A stretch of 64,000 nt of DNA from Elusimicrobiota bacterium. GTDB lineage: Bacteria; Elusimicrobiota; Elusimicrobia; Elusimicrobiales; UBA9959. The stretch covers positions 18-64,017 of the forward strand of contig JACQPH010000101.1 in the NCBI GenBank assembly GCA_016207645.1, written 5' to 3'. Shown piece by piece: positions 19,301 to 28,308 of this stretch; position 1 is the first letter of the stretch; every line of letters starts with the position of its first letter. The notes below the pieces were generated by a model that was not told where the DNA came from, made no database searches, and saw nothing but the letters and a program-made list of their open reading frames with translations. A program made the position numbers and the translations under genes.

Positions 19301-21683
19301 CGGAGGCGCAGGTGAAGTTCTGCCCGCCGGTATTGTCGGCGTCCTCGTTGATCTGGCCGAGGTGGATATTGAATAAAGGCCCGGCGGCGCCGGTCGAGCC
19401 GTGGACCACCAGTTCCAGCACGTTCTTCTGCGAGAAATCCAGGCCGGTGGCGGAAAGCGGGTAGACTATGGAGATCTCCTGCGAGGTGGTGAAGTCGTAG
19501 CTTACCGACAGCACCTGCTGGGTGCCTTCGGAAGCGGAGGCGGGGTTTATCTCGCTGATCTTTACGTTCTCGTTGTACCAGTCCTGCGGCAGCGCCAGCG
19601 GGTCGGCCGGCCCCGCCGTGGGGTTGGCCGCTATGAACCAGAAATTCTTGTCCATGGACGGGGAATCTTCCTGCTTCACCCCTTCCATATTGTCTATCAG
19701 GGCGTTCTCGTTCAGATTCGGGTTCAGGCGGCTCTGTGCCGCCTCCGCCCCGAGAGAGGCTTTCAGGCCCAGCAGGTTCAGGCCTTTCAGCTGCGTGTCG
19801 CCCTCGTAGACCATCATGCTGTTGGTGAGGTCCGTGATATTGGGCACCGTATTGGCCTTGATGCCGCCCTGGTACAGCAGGGTGGAGCCGAGCGAGAAAT
19901 GGCTGCCGAAATCGTAGGAGACCCGGCCGCCTACCAGGGACTGGTTGCCCACGCCGCCGAAGGGGGAGACCTCGTAGACTATCTCTATCTTGGAGTCCTG
20001 GCCCACGCGCTCCGGGTAGTAGAAAGTTATGAAGCCGGAGTCGTAATCGATGAAGTATTCCTCGTTGCGGCCCAGCTTCTTGCCGTCCACGCGCACCACC
20101 TCGGACTGCAGCACGATGCTCGGCTCCAGCAGGAAGGTCTTGAACCGGTAGGAATACTCCACGCGGAGCACGCGCTTGGAGCTCGGCGCGGCGGAGTAGA
20201 TCTGCGGATCCGGGCTGGTGGCCGGCTCGCCGTCGAGCGTGAAGGGCTGCTTGAGCTGGAAGATGCCCTGTTCGAAATCCACCTCGATGGTGTCCGGGTA
20301 TTTCGGCATGTTGTTGGTAATGGTGGGCAGGACCTCGGTGCGGTTGAGGTCCTGCACCTTCAGTATGAAGTTGCCGTTGCCGTTGTCGCGCACGATATTG
20401 GACTGCCCTATGGAATAATAGGTCTTCAGTTCGCGCTTATGGGAGACCTGCTGCGCCGCCAGGGCCGTGTCGGAGGAGAGCGCGATATCGCTGGGCGTCT
20501 TTATTATGGCCGGTACCGCGAGCGTCGCCGCCGTGTCCAGCGTGGACGTGGAGCTGTTCTGCGACAGCTGGGTGCCGCCGGCGTTCTGGAAGTCGATGAT
20601 CACCACTTCCTGCGGGCTGAGCGTACGGTTGAAGGTCACGAGACCCTTGGAGTAGTCCATCACGTAGTCGATGCCGGGGCTCAGGAGCTGGAAGCGCCCG
20701 GTATAGGTGGAGGTCTGCACGGCCAGGTCCTTGCCGGTCAGCGCGAAGACCGTCACGCCGTCCACCTGGGCCAGGGTCTGCTGGTCTATGTAGACGCGCT
20801 CGGTGCCGGATTTGACGGGCAGGCGCGCCGTGTTGCCGAAGGTCACGTCGTAATACTTGCGGCGCAGGTAATTGGTGTCGAGGATGTCCACGCCCTGCGA
20901 CTGGGTGTTGCCGGTGAACTGCCTGGTCTTGGTCTGGCCCTTGGTGCGCGAGCCCACGAAGGTCATCTTGAGGCGGTTGGTCTTCAGGTCCGCCCTGATG
21001 CCGAACAGCTGCTTGTTGTAGGAGACGAACTCGGTGGCGGGCAGCGAGAGGTCTATGTCGCCGAAGGAGACGTTCTGCACCACCTCGCTGGGGTCGCCCT
21101 GGTAGACCACGGAGATGTCCTGCTTGTCCAGCTTGGTGTCGTCGTAGTCGACGTTGACCGTGATCTTCTGGCCGACCTTGCCCTGCATGCGCACCTGCAT
21201 CTGCTGGGTGATCTCGAAGAGGCTGAGGCTGCGCGCCCTGGTGGCGGTGGTCTGCTCGTTCAGGAATTTCTTGCCGCTGTAGCTGAGGGCTATCACCTTG
21301 CGGCCGGTCACGGAGAGGCTGGTGCCGGATTCGCGGAACTCCACCTGCTGCTCCGGGGCGGCCGGCTCCTCGGTCGGGAGCGTGGCCGGCTGCGGGGGGA
21401 GGAGCTCTTCGGATTTGAAGCGGCCGGTCTCCACGGCCTCCCGCGCGGAATTCCAGGAGTCCCGGCTGTAGGAAAAAGGCAGCTCGCCGGAAAAGTCGCC
21501 GGGCTCTCCGGTCTCCGCGGCGGTGGAAACCCCGGGGCTCGAGAGGATCGCGCCCGGGTCCTCCCTTTCCAGCAGCAGGAAGCGGCCCCCCGACGGCAAG
21601 GGCGCGTCGAAATCCTCGGCGCGCAGGGGCGCGGCGCAGGCCAGGGCCGTGAGGAGCAGGATAGTCGTTGCTTTCGCGTTCAC
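16338..21683 (-). CDS. sprA: SprA/Sov-like giant outer-membrane translocon (T9SS)
   Basis: QQMQVRMQGKVGQKITVNVDYDDT, FGDIDLSLP, QLFGIRADL, YFIDYDSGFITF, IDNMEG, SEDLNKNGRLD, YFNELHV, FQT motifs recalled from SprA; alternating beta strands; terminal TLTFQF beta-signal. Confidence 0.7.
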   Translation of the reverse strand: MNAKATTILLLTALACAAPLRAEDFDAPLPSGGRFLLLEREDPGAILSSPGVSTAAETGEPGDFSGELPFSYSRDSWNSAREAVETGRFKSEELLPPQPATLPTEEPAAPEQQVEFRESGTSLSVTGRKVIALSYSGKKFLNEQTTATRARSLSLFEITQQMQVRMQGKVGQKITVNVDYDDTKLDKQDISVVYQGDPSEVVQNVSFGDIDLSLPATEFVSYNKQLFGIRADLKTNRLKMTFVGSRTKGQTKTRQFTGNTQSQGVDILDTNYLRRKYYDVTFGNTARLPVKSGTERVYIDQQTLAQVDGVTVFALTGKDLAVQTSTYTGRFQLLSPGIDYVMDYSKGLVTFNRTLSPQEVVIIDFQNAGGTQLSQNSSTSTLDTAATLAVPAIIKTPSDIALSSDTALAAQQVSHKRELKTYYSIGQSNIVRDNGNGNFILKVQDLNRTEVLPTITNNMPKYPDTIEVDFEQGIFQLKQPFTLDGEPATSPDPQIYSAAPSSKRVLRVEYSYRFKTFLLEPSIVLQSEVVRVDGKKLGRNEEYFIDYDSGFITFYYPERVGQDSKIEIVYEVSPFGGVGNQSLVGGRVSYDFGSHFSLGSTLLYQGGIKANTVPNITDLTNSMMVYEGDTQLKGLNLLGLKASLGAEAAQSRLNPNLNENALIDNMEGVKQEDSPSMDKNFWFIAANPTAGPADPLALPQDWYNENVKISEINPASASEGTQQVLSVSYDFTTSQEISIVYPLSATGLDFSQKNVLELVVHGSTGAAGPLFNIHLGQINEDADNTGGQNFTCASGLVLTAAPKSEDLNCDQQVSSTEDIGWLYKVGASEKRYGAGNGRLDSEDLNKNGRLDAQDFTGGSFGYVNGSKFRDNNDSGTEKNQINFNGWHTLYLPLAITSTDTFKWNAVKQVRISLKKSPGGSNSGVVKFARISAVGNTWTVQSSTNTGSIQAIAVNNVDNPGYTPIHEAGGEATIVYNDLYGSASEQKQKSNSGTLSEQTLSLNYENIYSSSTVHVYRKFSTAIDVSQHEKVRFLVKSESGAQSGVNFYVKSGDVNNYFKASVPLDFTGWKLITIGQEDTPGGDKIPDFWVRSTQGVEISSRGTPSLQQVPQFIVGLEATDGSGHAGTVYFNELHVADPLTRTGSARKVEGVFEIPGWFSFGGKHRFMDRSFQTPVTAIANQDNEQNTGYLNITRLSFFPVNVTAARQITVTPNTLTTGSNNLVNSLQQGRVKKFDGAASGSLNIKALPTIGLNYSKGITDYSLLSRTDDRNLYAANLSYSVPGALPVLPRSISLNYSLGLSKVDYDASKLLVADSLFRTKERTDAYGAKFSFIPWNGSSLNPGYSLQTAREERAPVSDPLRSEHYNKSLQQTVDANSNLLFARWLNPAVNYSVTTIESNNLNVTTVTVAQTSQLFPAGRIKSVNRTAQGGVSLTLNMNDLAPRNRLLRSLVLSSNYQIQDGDSWANVEKEYDTRSRLWLRDSMRPASPFAQRNSVTLRDTVSSTQRWQPFEGYTLKGSAAPLSTLSLTNNFSNSVQRSEVTGTISKSVNRTFPDMILSLSQLETLVRARRWATSATINLKYSRNTNEVKAVSLDTSGTYGTDLRFRLLNKVDTAASYNLRLTEKKDLRVNQRTQAVTHNDATLQGTFDYRKFRFTPKADYVSDKTRAALGVVTANTRTITPSLLIKSDFQLPKGLKLPFMKKTILFTNRIVWTTTLSYAIKSSPITIADNNRLFSLNTSADYEAAKNLRLTFNAGLQRFWHKFLKQEEYLSYQAGSTLTFQF

Positions 21684-21696
21684 ATTGTATAGAAAC

Positions 21697-21858
21697 GTAA
21701 CTGCTCAGGTCGCTATAGGGAGTTCGGGTTGGCCGGGGTTTTGCCCCGCGAACCCCGGAAGTGGAAACCCTTGCGTCGGTTTCCCCCCGTAGCGGGGCCC
21801 CCCTTCCGCAAGGGGTTCGAGAAAAAAAACCCCCGCCAACCCTCCACTACCTGTACAC
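21697..21858 (-). repeat. Dispersed palindromic element, copy 2 (inverted; one terminal repeat eroded)
   Basis: Near reverse complement of 54665-54829; lies between the divergent sprA-like gene and lptF. Confidence 0.9.
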
Positions 21859-21952
21859 AAAACCACAGAGCCGGCCCGATCTCCCGGGCAGGCCAAATAA
21901 CGCCGTCGTGAAAAATTTCCACGGCGCCGCCGATATATAATAGAATAAATAA

Positions 21953-23062
21953 ATGGCCGTGCCTATAGCCCGCCTCTACGTGCTCCGGGTGTTCGCCAGG
22001 TTCCTGGCGCTTTCCCTTTTCGTCTTCGTTTCCCTGCTGGTCATGCTGAACTTCGTGCAGGTGGTCAGCCGGGGCGTGCTGTCCGGCTACTCGTTTTATT
22101 TCCTGGCGAAGAGCATGTTCTACCTCCTGCCCGGCATCGTCGGGATGTCCCTGCCGCTGGCCTTCCTGCTGGCCCTGCTGCTGAGCCTGGGGGCTATGTC
22201 GCGGGACGGGGAGATAATAGCCCTGCGCGCCGGCGGCTACTCCTTCTTCGAGATCTTCTCCCTGGTCTTCGGGGCGGCGCTCCTGTCCTCGCTCCTGCTG
22301 GCCGCCGTCAACGGCTGGATCGGCCCCGCCGGGCAGAAGCTCTCCGGGGATTACACCGAGACCATGCTGACCCGCGTCACCAAGATAGCCCTGAAACCGC
22401 GCACCTTCCACAGGCTCTCGGACTGGACGCTCTACGCCGAAGAGGTCAACAGCCTGACCGGCGCCATGCGCGGCGTGAAGCTGTTCCGGAGGATCAACAA
22501 GGGCGAAGCGCCGGCTTTCGCCAACAAGATCAACGCCGCCGCGGGCCGCTACAGCATGCTGAACGAAAGCGGCCTGGAGATAGAGCTTTCCGACGGCCAG
22601 TTCAGCCAGACCGACTTCGGGCGCCCGGAGCAGGCGCTCTACGGGCGTTTCGCCACTTACTCCACCATGCTCCCGTTCTTCTCCGATTCCGGCGTCCGCC
22701 GCAGGCTCGGCCCCAAGGAGCTGACCTCTTCCGAGCTGTTCTCCCGCGCCGCCGCGTCCGGGAACCCGGACCAGGCGGCCAGGTACAGGGTGGAGGCGCT
22801 GTCCAGGTTCGCCATGGCCCTGGCGCCGCTGGCCTTCTTCCTCGTCGGCGCGCCGCTGGGGGTCGGGCTGGAGAAGCGCGGGCGCTCCGCCGGCTTCGCG
22901 CTGGCGCTGCCGGTGATCCTGTTCTTCTACGGGCTGACCGTAGCCGGGATGGTCCTGAGCCGCAAACACCCTGCGCTGTACCCGTGGGCCATCTTCCTGC
23001 CGGGGCTGCTCACTTCCTGCGCGGGCGCCTGGCTGTGGAAGCGCAGGCTTTACGCCAGATGA
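21953..23062 (+). CDS. lptF: LPS export ABC transporter permease LptF
   Basis: LptF/G topology; MSRDGEIIALRAGG; paired with an adjacent paralogue. Confidence 0.8.
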   Translation: MAVPIARLYVLRVFARFLALSLFVFVSLLVMLNFVQVVSRGVLSGYSFYFLAKSMFYLLPGIVGMSLPLAFLLALLLSLGAMSRDGEIIALRAGGYSFFEIFSLVFGAALLSSLLLAAVNGWIGPAGQKLSGDYTETMLTRVTKIALKPRTFHRLSDWTLYAEEVNSLTGAMRGVKLFRRINKGEAPAFANKINAAAGRYSMLNESGLEIELSDGQFSQTDFGRPEQALYGRFATYSTMLPFFSDSGVRRRLGPKELTSSELFSRAAASGNPDQAARYRVEALSRFAMALAPLAFFLVGAPLGVGLEKRGRSAGFALALPVILFFYGLTVAGMVLSRKHPALYPWAIFLPGLLTSCAGAWLWKRRLYAR

Positions 23063-24147
23063 AAAAGATCTTCTTCCGCTATATCGCCAGGAGCTTCTGG
23101 GCCCCCTTCGGGTTCGGCCTGGCGGTGTTCTGTCTGCTGCTGCTCTTCGGCAGCCTCTTCGACACCCTTAACTTCTTCATCCGGAGCGGGGCCGGCGCGG
23201 GGGTGTTCTTCCGCTACGTGCTCTACCAGACCCCGTACTTCATGGTCAAGATCGCGCCCATAGCCACGCTGCTGGCCGTACTGTTCTCCCTCGGCGGCAT
23301 GATGGCCAGGGGAGAATGGAAGGCGGGCCTCGCCGGCGGCTGGCGGCCGTTCGACATGATAAAGCCGCTGCTGGCCTGCTCGCTGCTGGCCGGCGCGGGC
23401 CAGTTCCTGCTGCAGGAGACCGTGGCCCCTGAACTTTTCCTCCGCTCCACCCACCTGTACGAGGAGAAGATGCGCGGCCGCGAGGACTGGCAGCGCCTGG
23501 TGAAGAAGAACGTGGCTTTCTCCTCCGGCGGCGAGACCTTCGTGACCGCCGCCCTTTTCGACGGGCGCCGCAAGACCATGGCCGGGCTGGTGGCGAACAC
23601 GTACCGCGGCGGCCGGCTCTGGCTGGAGGCCAGCGCCGGCAGCGCGCGCTGGGACCCGGGCGAAAAGCGCTGGATCTTCTCCCGCGCCGTGGTGACCACC
23701 TTTTCCGGGGAAGGGAGCCCGCGCACTGAGCGCTTCGCCGAATACGCCTCCGCCGTCGCCGTGCCGCCGGAGGACCTGGTGCTGGAGCGCCTGGTGCCCG
23801 ACGGGGTTTCCACCCGCGACGTGCTGCGCCGCCTCTCCCTGCTAAAGGCCGTCGGGGCGCCCTCCAGCGAGGAGAGCACCCTGCTGTGGGTGAAGCTGGC
23901 CGCCCCGCTCGCCAACCCGGTGATGGCGCTCATCGGCGCCGCCATGGCCATGCTGATGCGCGGCGGGAACAGGCTCTTCAGCGTCGGGTTCGCCGTCGGG
24001 GCCGGCTTCCTGTTCTGGGCGATGATTATAATGGGCCAGGAGGCCGGCAATGCCGAGCTCCTGCCGCCGCTGGCCGCCGGCCTGGCCCCCGCCGGGTTTT
24101 TCGCCCTGGCCTCCCTCTGGGGCCTGCGCCGCGCCCGCGCGATTTAG
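23059..24147 (+). CDS. lptG: LPS export ABC transporter permease LptG
   Basis: ATGA overlap with lptF; PIATLLAVLFSLG, GEWKA, KLAAPLA, LLPPLAAGLAP. Confidence 0.8.
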   Translation: MKKIFFRYIARSFWAPFGFGLAVFCLLLLFGSLFDTLNFFIRSGAGAGVFFRYVLYQTPYFMVKIAPIATLLAVLFSLGGMMARGEWKAGLAGGWRPFDMIKPLLACSLLAGAGQFLLQETVAPELFLRSTHLYEEKMRGREDWQRLVKKNVAFSSGGETFVTAALFDGRRKTMAGLVANTYRGGRLWLEASAGSARWDPGEKRWIFSRAVVTTFSGEGSPRTERFAEYASAVAVPPEDLVLERLVPDGVSTRDVLRRLSLLKAVGAPSSEESTLLWVKLAAPLANPVMALIGAAMAMLMRGGNRLFSVGFAVGAGFLFWAMIIMGQEAGNAELLPPLAAGLAPAGFFALASLWGLRRARAI

Positions 24148-24154
24148 CAGTAAT

Positions 24155-24195
24155 AAAAAAGTCCCCGCCGTACAAGAGACGGCGGGGACTTTTTT
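24155..24195. terminator. Bidirectional intrinsic terminator
   Basis: aaaaaa-gtccccgccgt-loop-acggcggggac-tttttt between convergent lptG and tkt. Confidence 0.9.
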
Positions 24196-24209
24196 GGGTG
24201 CGGTTCTCG

Positions 24210-26174
24210 CTATCTCACTATCTTCTTCGCCTTGGCCGCTATCGCTTCTGCGGTAATGCCCATCGCCTCGTACACTTTCGCCGTCGGGGCCGACTTGCCG
24301 AAAGTTTCCACGCCCAGCACTTCCACTTCGGCGCCTACCAGGTCGGTCCAGCCGATGCTGCGGCCGGCTTCCACCGCCAGCTTGGGCAGGTTGGGGAGGA
24401 ATAAGGATTCCTTGTAGGCCTTGTCCTGCTCGCGGAACAGCTCGAAGGAAGGCACCGAGATGATGCGCGCCGCTATGCCGTCCTTTTCCAGCAGCGCCGC
24501 GGCCTCGAAAAGCGTGGAGACTTCTGAGCCCGACGCTATCAGCTCTATCGAAGGCACGGTGGACGGGCCGCGCAGCAGGTAGGCGCCGCGCTTGAGGCCG
24601 GCCGCTATCTTCTCCCGGTACTGCGTCATCAGCGGCAGCTTCTGGCGGGTGAAAGCCAGGCAGACCGGGCGCTTCAGGCGCACGGCGGCTTCCCAGGCGT
24701 AAAGCGTTTCCCAGGCGTCGGCCGGGCGCAGCACTAAAAGGCCGGGGATCAGGCGCAGGCTCATCAGCTGCTCCACAGGCTGGTGGGTGGGGCCGTCCTC
24801 GCCCAGGCCTATGCTGTCGTGGGTGAACACGAAAATGGAGGGCGTCCGCATCAGGGCCGCCAGGCGGATGGCCGGGCGCATATAGTCCGAGAAGATCAGG
24901 AAGGTGGCGCCGAAGGGTATCAGCCCGCCGTGCAGGGCGAGGCCGTTCACTATGGAGGCCATGCCGTGCTCGCGGATGCCGAAATGCAGCGTGCGCTCCG
25001 GCTCCTTGAGGAAATCCGTCTTGTTGGACGGGCCCAGGTCGGCCGAGCCGCCGGTGAACCCGGGCAGCGCGTCGGCGATCAGGTTGATCACTTTCCCCGA
25101 GGCTTCGCGGGTGGCCACGGGCTTGTCGAAGAAAGTGGTGGGGGGATCGAACAGCTGCTCCGGGATCTCGCGGCCCAGCATGGCCTTGGCCAGCTCGGCT
25201 TTTTCCGGCATGGCCTCGGCGTATTTCTTCCACAGCTTCAACCAGCGCTTGCGGTCCTTCTCGCCGTAGGCGGCCTGCTCGGCGAAGCGGGCGCGGGCCG
25301 CTTCGGGCACGAAGAAAGGTTCTTCGGAGGGCCAGTTCAGCGCTTTCTTGGTGGCCAGGATCTCGGCGGGCTTGAGCGGCTCGCCGTGCACGCAACTGCT
25401 GTCCTGCTTCGGGCTGGCGAAGCCGATATGGGTCTTCACGATTATCATCGAAGGCTGTTCGGTCTCGCGCTTCGCTTTCCTGATGGCGGCGTTTATTTCG
25501 TCGAGGTTATTGCCGTCCTCCACTTCCAGCACCTGCCAGTCCTGGGACTGGAAGCGCTTCTTCATATCCTCGTTGAAGGCGAGGCCGGTGGAACCCTCTA
25601 TCGTGATATTGTTGGAATCGAAAAGGCAGATGAGCTTGCCGAGCTTGAGGTGTCCGGCGAGCGAGGCGGCCTCGTAGGAGACGCCTTCCATCAGGTCCCC
25701 GTCGCCGCAGAGGACGTAAGTGAAATGGTCGACGAGGGAGAAGTCGGGGGTGTTCAGTTTTTTTGCCAGCAGTTGTTCTGCCAGCGCCATCCCCACGGCG
25801 TTGGCGAAGCCCTGGCCGAGGGGGCCGGTGGTGGTCTCGACGCCCTTGGTGTGGCCGTGCTCGGGGTGGCCGGGGGTGAGGCTGTCGAGCTGGCGGAACT
25901 TTTTGAGGTCCTCCATGGTGAGGCCGTAGCCGTAAAGGTGTAACATCGAATAAAGCATGGCGGAGCCGTGCCCGGCGGAGAGCACGAAGCGGTCCCGGTC
26001 GAACCACTCGGGGTCGGAGGGGACGAATTTGAGGTGGCCGGCCCAGACGGCGTAGGCCATGGGCGAGGCGCCGAGCGGCAGGCCCGGATGGCCGGAATCG
26101 GCCTGCCCGACCATATCTATGGAAAGTGTCCTCAGGGTGTTCACGCACAGGTTGTCGGTAGCGTCGAATTTCAT
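24210..26174 (-). CDS. tkt: Transketolase
   Basis: [42 protein letters not shown]; ATG overlaps the NUDIX stop. Confidence 0.97.
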   Translation of the reverse strand: MKFDATDNLCVNTLRTLSIDMVGQADSGHPGLPLGASPMAYAVWAGHLKFVPSDPEWFDRDRFVLSAGHGSAMLYSMLHLYGYGLTMEDLKKFRQLDSLTPGHPEHGHTKGVETTTGPLGQGFANAVGMALAEQLLAKKLNTPDFSLVDHFTYVLCGDGDLMEGVSYEAASLAGHLKLGKLICLFDSNNITIEGSTGLAFNEDMKKRFQSQDWQVLEVEDGNNLDEINAAIRKAKRETEQPSMIIVKTHIGFASPKQDSSCVHGEPLKPAEILATKKALNWPSEEPFFVPEAARARFAEQAAYGEKDRKRWLKLWKKYAEAMPEKAELAKAMLGREIPEQLFDPPTTFFDKPVATREASGKVINLIADALPGFTGGSADLGPSNKTDFLKEPERTLHFGIREHGMASIVNGLALHGGLIPFGATFLIFSDYMRPAIRLAALMRTPSIFVFTHDSIGLGEDGPTHQPVEQLMSLRLIPGLLVLRPADAWETLYAWEAAVRLKRPVCLAFTRQKLPLMTQYREKIAAGLKRGAYLLRGPSTVPSIELIASGSEVSTLFEAAALLEKDGIAARIISVPSFELFREQDKAYKESLFLPNLPKLAVEAGRSIGWTDLVGAEVEVLGVETFGKSAPTAKVYEAMGITAEAIAAKAKKIVR

Positions 26175-26740
26175 TTTTTCTCCTGTAATTTTATCTTCCA
26201 CGCCTGCAAAGCTATGATGGTCTTGGCGTCCATGACGGCGCCCTTCTTGAGAAGTCCCCAGGCCTTTTCGAAAGTCATGATCTCGACGTTGACGAACTCG
26301 TCCTCGTCGAGGTTCTGCCGCGCGCCGCCGCGCAGCCCGGAAGCGGTATAAATATGGAGCACTTCGCTGGAAAAAGCCGTGGTGGGCCAGAAAGAAATAA
26401 GCGGCTTGATGGAGGCCGCCGTATATCCCGTCTCTTCTTTTAATTCCGCCTTAACCCTCTTCAGCGGCTTGTCGGAAATAGAATTCAGCTTCCCCGCAGG
26501 TATCTCCAGGGTCGCTTCCGCCACGGGATACCGGTACTGCCTGACAAAAACTATCCGCCCGTCGTCCAGCACCGGCAATACAGCTACCGCTCCGGGATGC
26601 GACATAAAAGCCCTAGTCGCCTTCCTCCCGTTCGGCAAAGTCACCGTATCCGCCCTGAAATCCACCGCCCCCGAATAAACCACCCGCTTCTTATGGAACG
26701 TCTCTCTCAGTCCCGCATGCCCTCTAACTTTATTCACCAT
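26171..26740 (-). CDS. NUDIX hydrolase, ADP-ribose pyrophosphatase-like
   Basis: [35 protein letters not shown]. Confidence 0.88.
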   Translation of the reverse strand: MVNKVRGHAGLRETFHKKRVVYSGAVDFRADTVTLPNGRKATRAFMSHPGAVAVLPVLDDGRIVFVRQYRYPVAEATLEIPAGKLNSISDKPLKRVKAELKEETGYTAASIKPLISFWPTTAFSSEVLHIYTASGLRGGARQNLDEDEFVNVEIMTFEKAWGLLKKGAVMDAKTIIALQAWKIKLQEKK

Positions 26741-26928
26741 CCTTCAATTATATAATTTCCACAAAACCCCCCGCCTCAATAAATCATCAATTTCCTGTTC
26801 GCCCGACGTCTGTCGCGGGCGACGGGGGGCGGAACGCAAATACATGTGGGGCAATATGACCCCCTATTACCTCGGTGGCTGAGAATGGAATTTGTGAATT
26901 GCGTGGTTTGGGATAATTTAGAGCACTA

Positions 26929-26968
26929 CTAACCCTCCCCCTCTTTGAGGGAGGGTTAGGGTGGGGGG
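26929..26968. repeat. REP-like hairpin (CCCCACCCTAACCCTCCC...GGGAGGG type) overlapping the AbiEii stop
   Basis: ctaaccctccc-cctctttga-gggagggttag-ggtgggg. Confidence 0.6.
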
Positions 26969-27726
26969 CGCTTTCCAAAGAGCCTGAGCCGCCGGATGAG
27001 CTCCCCCAGGGGCGGAACCGGCTGCTTTTTTGCCAGGAGCATCAGGCCCTGGAGCAGGCTTCTGCGGAATTCTTCAAGCCGGGCATGGACAACCGCGGGA
27101 GTCTCGGCCGGGTCCAGGGCGAAGCCGCAGGCCTCGGAACGCAGTTGGGCGCCTGAGACGCTGATAATCAGGCTCTCGGGGTTAAGGCCGGCGTCAAGTT
27201 CGGCCCCGAGCGCGACCAGCCGCTCCAGGCTCATCCCAGGAACCTGCCCCAGGATCCAGATCAGGTCGTATAGATCCTTCTCCGCGCAGCGGCTCACCAG
27301 GGCGGCCGACTTCATCTTGAGAAGTGTCTCCAGATCCGCGACGATGACGCCATCAGGCAACTCCACGAAACGGCCTGCCCTGAAGAGAGCAGGATCCTCT
27401 ACCACATCCACCGTGAAGAAGTGGCCCTTCAACCGGCATACAGCGCGGTAGTAGGGACCCGCATGGTTTTCAGTCTCGAACCCGGCGCCAATGCTTTTCA
27501 GTGAGCGGACAGCGAGGATCGCCGCCTCGTGACTCTGCCGGTCGCGCGCGAAGAGGTCCAGATCGTCGGATCTCCGGTGTCCGGCATAGAATCCGCTCAG
27601 CGCGGTTCCGCCGACCAGGGCGCACCCCGGGTTAGGCCGGTGGAACACCTGCCGGAGCGCCTCAAGGAGAGGGCCCGGCAGCGCCCGGTCCGCTAGATCC
27701 AGCCGAGGCGAGTTGCTGTTGCCCAC
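26956..27726 (-). CDS. Nucleotidyltransferase AbiEii/AbiGii-family toxin (type IV TA)
   Basis: LVGGTAL..FYAGHRRSDDLDLF; MK..ALVSR..KDLYDL. Confidence 0.85.
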   Translation of the reverse strand: MGNSNSPRLDLADRALPGPLLEALRQVFHRPNPGCALVGGTALSGFYAGHRRSDDLDLFARDRQSHEAAILAVRSLKSIGAGFETENHAGPYYRAVCRLKGHFFTVDVVEDPALFRAGRFVELPDGVIVADLETLLKMKSAALVSRCAEKDLYDLIWILGQVPGMSLERLVALGAELDAGLNPESLIISVSGAQLRSEACGFALDPAETPAVVHARLEEFRRSLLQGLMLLAKKQPVPPLGELIRRLRLFGKRPPP

Positions 27727-28172
27727 AGTTCCTCCAACTGCCGCCGGCGCACCGGCGGAAGGTACTTCTTGTATTGCGGAAAACGGTCCCAGACAGCCCG
27801 CCCCAGCATACGGGCCGATAGGAAGAAGCCATAAACCTCCACCAGGCGCGCCACCGCCCGCCCCTCGCCGCGCACAAGCGCCGCCGCGAAGAGGCCCGCA
27901 TCGGGGTAAAGCCGGTCCCAGAGAAGGCCGGCGCCCAGAGCGGCCCGCTGTTCCGGGGATTCCAGGCAGGGCAGCGGCAGAGAGAGTTCATCCATGCTGG
28001 CACCCAGCGCCTGGCTCAATCTTTGCAGGTGGCTGGCGCGGACATCGATCTCCGGGCGCCCCTGCCTGAACCAGCGGGAAACAGCCTGCCGTGATATCCC
28101 GGCCATTCTCGCCAAATCGCTCTGAGAGATTGCGCGGCTACCGGCAATAATTGAAATTGTGTTGATGTTCAT
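27693..28172 (-). CDS. XRE-type HTH protein, putative antitoxin
   Basis: SQSDLARMAGISRQAVSRW HTH; C-terminal LLWD; overlaps the toxin gene. Confidence 0.8.
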   Translation of the reverse strand: MNINTISIIAGSRAISQSDLARMAGISRQAVSRWFRQGRPEIDVRASHLQRLSQALGASMDELSLPLPCLESPEQRAALGAGLLWDRLYPDAGLFAAALVRGEGRAVARLVEVYGFFLSARMLGRAVWDRFPQYKKYLPPVRRRQLEELWATATRLGWI

Positions 28173-28179
28173 TGATAAT

Positions 28180-28222
28180 ATTATACATCACAAAAACCAG
28201 TTTGTCAACTATAATTGACAAA
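28180..28222 (-). promoter_or_regulatory. Consensus sigma70 promoter with overlapping palindromic operator
   Basis: Minus strand TTGACA (28208-28203), 17-nt spacer, TATAAT (28185-28180), 7 nt before the ATG; inverted repeat tttgtcaa-ctataa-ttgacaaa at 28201-28222. Confidence 0.85.
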
Positions 28223-28308
28223 TCCTTGAAGTTTTACAAACAGATATACCAGCAAAATCCCCATCGGGGCCTTTCTGTCGCTTATTAATGATGGACTAAT
28301 AATTTTAC

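Noticed and set aside
16404-21692. Long + strand ORFs opposite the sprA-like gene
   Set aside because: Antisense shadows with no recognisable domains
21523-21911. Small ORFs containing RKGGP/GKPTQGF-like peptides (also near 42502-42743 and 54522-55232)
   Set aside because: Translations of the palindromic repeat; frames and lengths are not conserved between copies
26787-26928. Possible ncRNA or small ORF at the left edge of the islet
   Set aside because: Only one modest hairpin and no recognisable family or coding signal
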